Origin: Acidobacteriota bacterium | Lineage (GTDB): Bacteria > Acidobacteriota > Blastocatellia > RBC074 | NCBI GenBank assembly: GCA_043718445.1 | Contig: JAYSVR010000026.1 | Coordinates: 2,900-66,899, forward strand | Length of the DNA: 64,000 bases | Reading direction: 5' to 3' | Shown here: positions 57,960 through 64,000 of the stretch, in pieces | Position numbering within the stretch: the first letter of the stretch is position 1 | Layout of the letters: each line of letters opens with the position of its first letter | The notes under the pieces: generated by a model | Seen by the model: only the letters and a program-made list of their open reading frames with translations | The model's database searches: none | What the model was told of the DNA's origin: nothing | Made by a program: the position numbers and the translations under genes

Positions 57960-58067
57960 TCGTATCCCGCCAGCCAAGTCTTGATAGCCAGTGCAACAGC
58001 GGCTGGCGTATGATGCTCGCGCATCGAAACGGAGGTCACATTTATGGTTTTATCAGGGGTTTCATCA

Positions 58068-58319
58068 ATGCCCATCATCAAGGTACGCGACAAGCTGACG
58101 AGCTTGCCCGAAACGCTGGCGAGTGCGCCGGGCGCGCTTGAAGTGACGCGGCGCGGCAAGCCCGTGCTGGCAATCTTGTCGTGGGAGCTTTACGAATCCA
58201 TCGTTGAAACTTTGGAGATTTTAGGCGACTCAGAACAATTAACGGCGCTGCGTCAGGGCATCAAAGACGCTGACGCAGGACAGGCAATTGAATGGACACA
58301 AGCCAAACAAGGGCTTTAA
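58068..58319 (+). CDS. Phd/YefM-family type II antitoxin
   Basis: MPIIKVRDKLTSLPETL..EVTRRGKPVLAILSWELYESIVETLEIL matches the Phd/YefM pattern. Confidence 0.6.
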   Translation: MPIIKVRDKLTSLPETLASAPGALEVTRRGKPVLAILSWELYESIVETLEILGDSEQLTALRQGIKDADAGQAIEWTQAKQGL

Positions 58320-58350
58320 CATTTGCCTTACCAAATGGAGCATTACAACT

Positions 58351-58602
58351 ATGATACAGACAGCGAGAGCCGAAGTGAGTATTGACGGGCAAGTGCATCT
58401 GCTTGAACCGCTGCACGTCACCCAAACCAGTCCTGCCATTGTGACTTTGTTGAACACTGAGAACGGTTACGCCAAACCCCAAAAAGGCAACGCCCAGACG
58501 ATGTTGCAATTTCTCGAAGAAAACCGTTTGCCTGAAAGCGCCCTGCCTACAACAGACGAGATCGAAGCCCAAATTTTGGAGGCGCGCGAGTCATGGGCGT
58601 GA
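58351..58602 (+). CDS. Antitoxin-family protein (DUF104/AF2212-like N-terminus) partnered with the downstream PIN toxin
   Basis: AEVSIDGQVHLLEPLHVTQTSPAIVTLL resembles the small beta antitoxin fold. The stop overlaps the VapC start. GGAG lies upstream of ATG 58351. Confidence 0.45.
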   Translation: MIQTARAEVSIDGQVHLLEPLHVTQTSPAIVTLLNTENGYAKPQKGNAQTMLQFLEENRLPESALPTTDEIEAQILEARESWA

Positions 58603-59006
58603 ATCCATTGCGGGTTTATTTCGATGCCTGTGTCGCCATTTACCTGATCGAAGAACATCCAACGTTCGGGCCGCTAATTGAGGCGCGACTGGCGCAGACC
58701 CCAGAAGCGGTAATTCAGGTTTCAGAATTGACCGAGATGGAATGTTTGGTGATGCCGCTCAGAAAGCGGAATCAACCGCTGCTCGACAAATTCCGCCGTT
58801 GGTTCGACAAGGTCGAAGTGTTGTCGGTTGAACTTGAGGTGTTCCGCCGAGCGGCTCAGTTACGCGCAGATTTTGCCGGGCTGAAAACTCCCGATGCCAT
58901 TCATCTGGCTACGGCATTACATTATGGCTGTGATGAGTTCTGGACGAATGACAACCGTCTGAGTCACATCGCGCCTGCACTCGTGAAAGACATCCTTTCA
59001 ACGTAA
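58593..59006 (+). CDS. vapC: PIN-domain ribonuclease toxin VapC
   Basis: VYFDACVAIYLIE ... DAIHLATAL ... DEFWTNDNRL show the conserved acidic PIN residues. Confidence 0.8.
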   Translation: MGVNPLRVYFDACVAIYLIEEHPTFGPLIEARLAQTPEAVIQVSELTEMECLVMPLRKRNQPLLDKFRRWFDKVEVLSVELEVFRRAAQLRADFAGLKTPDAIHLATALHYGCDEFWTNDNRLSHIAPALVKDILST

Positions 59007-59135
59007 GGTCAACTCTCAGCGTGTTGGCGTCTCCGTCCGCCTGAATAAAAAGCCCCGCAGTATTGCGTAAATCAGCCCGTGCGCCCTATCTTCTGCGCAC
59101 TCGATAGAATTTGCCGCACTTCAAGGAGACTCCGA

Positions 59136-61400
59136 ATGCCCCAGATAAAAGAACCTGTTCGCACTGAGACGACGTTTCGCCCTTTCATCGCTGATAAAAC
59201 CAACTTGCCTGAGCTAACCATCTTGCCGCTCATTGCGGGTACGTTGTTGGGCATCGTATTCGGCGCGTCGTCGTTGTATCTCGTGCTGAAAACCGGCTTG
59301 ACGGTCAGTGCCTCGATTCCGGTTGCGGTGATTTCGATTACGCTGTTTCGCTTGCTGTCGAAATTCGGTTTGCGCAACGCCTCGATTCTCGAAAACAACA
59401 TCGTGCAAACCGCTGGTTCGGCGGGTGAATCTATCGCGTTCGGGTTTGGCGCGACGATGCCCGCGATCATGATTTTGGGCTTCAACCTTGAATTGATGAA
59501 CGTGATGTTGGTCGGCGTATTGGGCGGCTTGCTCGGCATCTTGATGATGATTCCGTTGCGCCGCGCGTTGATCGTGCAACAACACGGCATACTCAAATAC
59601 CCCGAAGGCACGGCTTGCGCCGAAGTGTTGAAGGCAGGCGCGGATGAGGCTTCGCTCGCCGAAGCCGAAGCCAACGGCACGGCCAGCATCAGCGAAACCA
59701 AAATCGGCGCGCGCACGATCTTCACAGGCTTCGGCATCGGGCTGGTTTATAAATCGCTGATGTCTGCGTTCAAGCTGTGGAAGGAAGTGCCTGAGCGTGT
59801 GTTCGGCGCACCGTTCAAAGGCGGTTCGATCTCGGCTGAAATTTCGCCGGAGTTGTTGGGCGTGGGTTACATCATTGGGCCGTATATTTCGGGCCTGATG
59901 GTCGGCGGCGGCGTGCTGGCTTATCTAGTACTCATTCCCGCTATCAAGTTTTTCGGCGATGCGTTGAAAGAACCGCTCGCGCCCGCCGCTACGTTGATCA
60001 GCGAAATGTCGCCCGACGAAGTGCGCAGTGCTTATGTTTTGTATATCGGCGCTGGCTCAGTCGCCGCCGCTGGCATCATCAGCGTGATTCGTTCGTTGCC
60101 GGTGATTTTGAGCAGCCTCAAAAGCGGCCTGAGCGATTTGCGCGGCGCACAAACCGGCTCCGCCGAAAACCTGCCGCGTACTGAACAAGACGTACCGATC
60201 AAGTGGGTCATCATCGGCATCGCCGCGTTGATGGTGATGATCATGGCTTTTCGCAGCTTGCACATGAATTTTCTCGGCGCGCTGTTGATCGTGTTGTTCG
60301 GCTTTCTCTTCGTCACCGTTTCATCGCGCCTCACGGGCGAAGTCGGTTCGTCATCCAATCCGATTTCGGGGATGACTTACGCGACGCTGTTGCTGACCTG
60401 TTTGATCTTTCTGGTCGTAGGCTGGACGGCTCCGGCTTATTACGTGACGGCGTTGTCGGTCGGCGCGATTGTTTGCATCGCGGCTTCGAATGGCGGCACG
60501 ACTTCGCAGGATTTGAAAACCGGCTTTCTCGTAGGCGCTACGCCACGGCATCAGCAGTTGGCAATTTTGATTGGTTCGCTGGCGTCGGCTTTGGTGTTGG
60601 GGCCGATTCTGTTGCGCTTGAATGACACCGGCACGGTTTATGTTCCGCAGCCAACGACCACCTTGCGCGCAGAAGTTTCAAACTTGCGCGAACGCGCTGC
60701 ACTCACCGGCCCGCAAGCGCGCACCGATGCAAATAGCTATCTCGTCTGGCAGCACACCGATGAAAACGGCGAAGCGAAAAAATACCTCGTCAACGAACAA
60801 GGCGTGCCGGTTTATCTCGTAGACCCCGGCATCAACGGCACCGCCGACAAACGGCCTGACGGTTCGTCGGTGCCGAAATTCGACGCACCGAAAGCGGTGC
60901 TGGTGTCATACATCATCAAAGGCATTTTGAATCACAAACTGCCGTGGGCTTTGGTGTTGATTGGCGTGATGATTACGCTCACGCTCGAATGCGCCGCCGT
61001 GCCTTCGCTCGCGTTTGCTGTGGGCGTTTATCTGCCGCTCTCGACTTCATCACCGATCTTTATCGGCGGAATGATTCGCTGGCTGGTTGATGTTTGGCTG
61101 CGGAAGAAATACGCCACTCGCAAAATGACTGAAGAAGAATTCGTTGCCGAAACCGATAAGAGTCCCGGCGTATTGATGGCGTCGGGTTACATCGCGGGCG
61201 GAGCCATCGCGGGCATCGTCATCGCTTTTCTTGCAGGCGTGCTGACCGACACCAACGTCAAGATCGAACAATGGGCCAACACGAGCAATCCGTTTTTTAG
61301 CGGAGCTAATGCGAACCTGTTTTCGCTATTGCCGTTTGTCGTGCTGATAGTGTTGCTCTATCTCACCGGACGCGAAAAGATTTTGGCGGGCAAGCAATAA
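59136..61400 (+). CDS. OPT-family oligopeptide transporter
   Basis: About 16 TM segments and the OPT hallmark [18 protein letters not shown] lies 7 nt upstream of ATG 59136. Confidence 0.85.
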   Translation: MPQIKEPVRTETTFRPFIADKTNLPELTILPLIAGTLLGIVFGASSLYLVLKTGLTVSASIPVAVISITLFRLLSKFGLRNASILENNIVQTAGSAGESIAFGFGATMPAIMILGFNLELMNVMLVGVLGGLLGILMMIPLRRALIVQQHGILKYPEGTACAEVLKAGADEASLAEAEANGTASISETKIGARTIFTGFGIGLVYKSLMSAFKLWKEVPERVFGAPFKGGSISAEISPELLGVGYIIGPYISGLMVGGGVLAYLVLIPAIKFFGDALKEPLAPAATLISEMSPDEVRSAYVLYIGAGSVAAAGIISVIRSLPVILSSLKSGLSDLRGAQTGSAENLPRTEQDVPIKWVIIGIAALMVMIMAFRSLHMNFLGALLIVLFGFLFVTVSSRLTGEVGSSSNPISGMTYATLLLTCLIFLVVGWTAPAYYVTALSVGAIVCIAASNGGTTSQDLKTGFLVGATPRHQQLAILIGSLASALVLGPILLRLNDTGTVYVPQPTTTLRAEVSNLRERAALTGPQARTDANSYLVWQHTDENGEAKKYLVNEQGVPVYLVDPGINGTADKRPDGSSVPKFDAPKAVLVSYIIKGILNHKLPWALVLIGVMITLTLECAAVPSLAFAVGVYLPLSTSSPIFIGGMIRWLVDVWLRKKYATRKMTEEEFVAETDKSPGVLMASGYIAGGAIAGIVIAFLAGVLTDTNVKIEQWANTSNPFFSGANANLFSLLPFVVLIVLLYLTGREKILAGKQ

Positions 61401-61431
61401 CTCATTCGACTAAAAAGGCTTTCGCGCTAAA

Positions 61432-62109
61432 ATGCTGGTGAGGAGCGAAAAAGCGATGAGCGCATTACGTCAAGCAGTTGCGGTTGAACTTGATTATCCT
61501 GAGACGGATGGCAACCCGATGGCTGAAACCGATTTACATCGTGATCTGATGATTGAGTTGATTGAACAACTCAAAACTCATTTTCAGGATGATCCGCTGG
61601 TTTACGTGTCGGGGAACATGTTGCTCTATTACGAAAAGGGTAACGTGAAGAAACGGCTGGCACCTGATGTATTCGTCGTGCGAGGCGTAACCAAGCATCA
61701 ACGCCGCGTTTACAAACTATGGGAGGAAGGCCGCGCCCCCGACGTAGTTTTTGAAATCTCGTCGCGCGGGACTTGGGGCGAAGACTTGCAAACCAAATGG
61801 CAGCGTTATGCGCAAATGGGCATCCGCGAATACTTCATCTTCGACCCGGAATACGATTATTTAGAGCCCGCGTTGAATGCTTATCGGTTGGTGAATGGCG
61901 AATACAAACAGTTGAAAGCATTGGGCGGCGTAGTGACGAGCAAATCGTTGGGACTGGAATTGGTTGATACCGGAAAGACTTTGCGATTGCGCAATCCAAT
62001 TACGGGACAATTTTTGCCAACCAGGCAAGAATTTATGCAGAAAGCTAACGCAGAAATCGAACGCTTACGTGCTGAACTAGCGTCATTGAAAGGGAAAGAA
62101 TCACGATGA
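61432..62109 (+). CDS. Uma2-family (DUF820) endonuclease
   Basis: PD-(D/E)XK-like core [10 protein letters not shown]...PDVFVV...EISS. The stop overlaps the next gene start (ATGA). Confidence 0.7.
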   Translation: MLVRSEKAMSALRQAVAVELDYPETDGNPMAETDLHRDLMIELIEQLKTHFQDDPLVYVSGNMLLYYEKGNVKKRLAPDVFVVRGVTKHQRRVYKLWEEGRAPDVVFEISSRGTWGEDLQTKWQRYAQMGIREYFIFDPEYDYLEPALNAYRLVNGEYKQLKALGGVVTSKSLGLELVDTGKTLRLRNPITGQFLPTRQEFMQKANAEIERLRAELASLKGKESR

Positions 62110-63542
62110 AAAAGTTTTCTCTGACCACTGAACAACAATCACTTAATGACATTTCGCGTCGCTGGTTTATGCAAGAATGCGGCGTTGGCATGGGCGCGAT
62201 TGCGATGAATGCGTTGCTCGCGCAGGGCGGTTACGCAACCAGTCAGGAAACGAATAATCCGCTCGCGCCGAAGAAACCGCATTTCGCGCCGAAAGCAAAA
62301 AACATCATCTATCTGTTTATGGGCGGTGCGCCCAGCCATTTAGAGATGTTTGATTACAAGCCCGAACTCGCCAAGTTTAACGGCACGTTGCCGCCGCCGG
62401 AATTGCTGAAGGGTTATCGCGCGGCGTTCATCAATCCGAACTCGACGCTGTTGGGGCCGAAGTTCAAGTTCGCCAAGTATGGCGAGAGTGGCGCGGAGCT
62501 TTCTGAATTGTTGCCGCATACTTCGACGATTGTGGATGACATCACGATCATCAAATCAATGGTGACCGATGCCTTCAATCACGCGCCCGCGCAGTTGATG
62601 ATGTATACCGGCTCGATGATTTTTGGGCGTCCGAGTTTCGGTTCGTGGGCGACTTACGGATTGGGCAGCGAGTCAAAGGACTTGCCCGCCTTTGTCGTAT
62701 TCACCACCGGCAAGAAAGGGCCAAGCGCGGGCAACAGTTGTTGGGGCACAGGCTTTTTGCCTACGGTTTATCAGGGCGTGCAGTTCCGTTCGAGCGGCGA
62801 CCCGGTGTTGTATCTCTCGAACCCGCGCGGCGTAGACGAGGCGCTGCAAAAAGATTCGCTGACCACGTTGCGCAAATTGAACGAGTTGCGATTGGACGCA
62901 ACGGGCGATCCTGAAATTGCCACGCGCATCAATTCTTACGAGATGGCGTTTCGTATGCAAAAGGCTGCGCCCGAAGCGATGGACATCACCAAAGAGCCTA
63001 AACATATTCTGGAAATGTACGGCGCAGAACCGGGCAAGTCTTCGTTTGCGAATAATGCGCTGCTGGCGCGGCGCTTGGTCGAACGCGGCGTGCGGTTTGT
63101 TCAGTTGCACCACGAGTCGTGGGATCAACACGGCTCGCTGGTCAAAGACATCAAGCAAAATTGTTTAGACACCGATCAGGCTTGCGCGGCATTGGTGAAG
63201 GATTTGAAACAACGCGGAATGCTTGACGATACGCTGGTGATTTTCGGCGGCGAGTTCGGACGTACGCCAATGGTGCAAGGCGGCGATGACGGACGCGATC
63301 ATCATCCGAATGCGTTCACGATGTGGCTGGCAGGCGGCGGAATGAAACGCGGGCTGACGATTGGCAAGACCGACGACTTGGGTTTTAACGTCGTCGAAGA
63401 CCGCGTACACGTGCATGATTTGCACGCGACGATCTTGCACTTGTTGGGCTTCGATCACGAAAAACTGACTTATCGCTTTCAAGGCCGCGACTTCCGCCTG
63501 ACCGACGTACACGGTGTGGTCGTAGACAAAATTTTGGCCTGA
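62106..63542 (+). CDS. DUF1501-domain (sulfatase-like fold) protein with a TAT signal
   Basis: Twin-arginine motif [21 protein letters not shown]1501 conserved blocks [17 protein letters not shown] and GGEFGRTP. Confidence 0.8.
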   Translation: MKKFSLTTEQQSLNDISRRWFMQECGVGMGAIAMNALLAQGGYATSQETNNPLAPKKPHFAPKAKNIIYLFMGGAPSHLEMFDYKPELAKFNGTLPPPELLKGYRAAFINPNSTLLGPKFKFAKYGESGAELSELLPHTSTIVDDITIIKSMVTDAFNHAPAQLMMYTGSMIFGRPSFGSWATYGLGSESKDLPAFVVFTTGKKGPSAGNSCWGTGFLPTVYQGVQFRSSGDPVLYLSNPRGVDEALQKDSLTTLRKLNELRLDATGDPEIATRINSYEMAFRMQKAAPEAMDITKEPKHILEMYGAEPGKSSFANNALLARRLVERGVRFVQLHHESWDQHGSLVKDIKQNCLDTDQACAALVKDLKQRGMLDDTLVIFGGEFGRTPMVQGGDDGRDHHPNAFTMWLAGGGMKRGLTIGKTDDLGFNVVEDRVHVHDLHATILHLLGFDHEKLTYRFQGRDFRLTDVHGVVVDKILA

Positions 63543-63592
63543 CGAAATTCCGGGTTGACGAAATCTCAACTTAGAAATAGTCTAAACAACGA

Positions 63593-64000
63593 AATGACGA
63601 GATTGGCAAGCCACAAAGTGATGTCGCTGGTGCAAACGCAGGGTCTGAAAATGACGCCGCAACGCCGTGCGATTGTCGAATACCTGCAAACGGCGAAGAC
63701 CCATCCGACGGCTGATGAAGTGATGACGGCGGTCAACCGCAAGTTCCCTATGACTTCGCGGGCGACGGTTTACAACACGTTAAACTGGCTGAAAGAAAAC
63801 GGGATGGTCAAGGAAGTGTTCGAGGGCGGCGTAGTCCATTTCGACCCGCACACCGCCGCGCATCATCACTTTGTTTGCAACAAGTGCGGCAAAGTCGAAG
63901 ACGTAGATTGTTCGGCGATCAACGAAATTAAGCTGTGTACGTTGCCCGATCTTCAAAAAGTCGAGACGATGGAAGTGACGCTGCGTGGGCTTTGCGCCGC
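63593..64000 (+). CDS. fur: Fur-family metalloregulator, partial (runs off the right window edge)
   Basis: MTPQRRAIVEYLQTAKTHPTADEV..VYNTLNWL..HHHFVC.KCGKV matches the Fur DNA-binding and metal-site motifs. No stop codon falls inside the window. Confidence 0.7.

Noticed and set aside
1-64000. tRNA, rRNA or other canonical RNA genes
   Set aside because: Intergenic regions were inspected for tRNA-like 5' ends and cloverleaf pairing and for rRNA signatures, and none were found. All larger intergenic gaps are explained by hairpins, promoters or pseudogene remnants. A dedicated tRNA/ncRNA scan would be needed to exclude small RNAs, for example in the AT-richer 45200-45500 spacer.

Overview
This 64 kb window is high-GC chromosomal DNA that is most likely acidobacterial. 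The guess rests on two about 1100-aa CarboxypepD_reg-type TonB-dependent receptors, a DUF1501 protein, many TAT/Sec exported enzymes and the ECF sigma/anti-sigma style. Gene density is about 90 percent and about 70 percent of genes are on the minus strand. In order, the window holds: (i) 1-6.8 kb, an ECF sigma / membrane anti-sigma pair next to a translationally coupled pair of caspase-fold (clan CD) proteases, a 1161-aa TPR-CHAT protein and a C11 clostripain-like peptidase; (ii) an arylsulfatase, a TBDR-like outer membrane protein, a LysR regulator and a complete type-B succinate dehydrogenase operon (cytochrome b, a 59-aa acidic ORF, flavoprotein, a 95-bp inverted repeat, Fe-S subunit); (iii) housekeeping genes (second sulfatase, EVE, YbaK, ABC-F, SurA-like PPIase, RidA); (iv) a long minus-strand block of catabolic genes with an aromatic/lignin flavour (enolase-superfamily enzyme, pobA in an operon with a MetE-like Zn methyltransferase and DUF3237, PQQ quinohemoprotein alcohol dehydrogenase, SDRs, DyP peroxidase, and a gallate/protocatechuate-4,5-cleavage-like operon of LigAB-type dioxygenase, RraA-like aldolase, LmbE-like hydratase and amidohydrolase under a divergent GntR regulator), interspersed with two deletion scars (a gentisate-dioxygenase::MFS fusion remnant and a TBDR reduced to signal peptide plus C-terminus); (v) 54.6-62.1 kb, a defence-island-like stretch with a 954-aa TIR-NACHT(STAND)-FGE/SUMF1-domain protein whose FGE domain lacks the catalytic cysteines, a degenerate duplicate of its own 3' end, a Phd/YefM + antitoxin-like + VapC PIN cluster and a Uma2 endonuclease, followed by OPT transporter, DUF1501 and a partial Fur gene. 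Several long, perfect or near-perfect intergenic inverted repeats were found (46-bp-arm palindrome, nested triple hairpin, REP-like gtagg.caggtt family). No rRNA, tRNA or CRISPR array was detected. The two candidates for an undescribed system are the TIR-NACHT-inactive-FGE protein and the sigma/anti-sigma + TPR-CHAT + C11 protease module.
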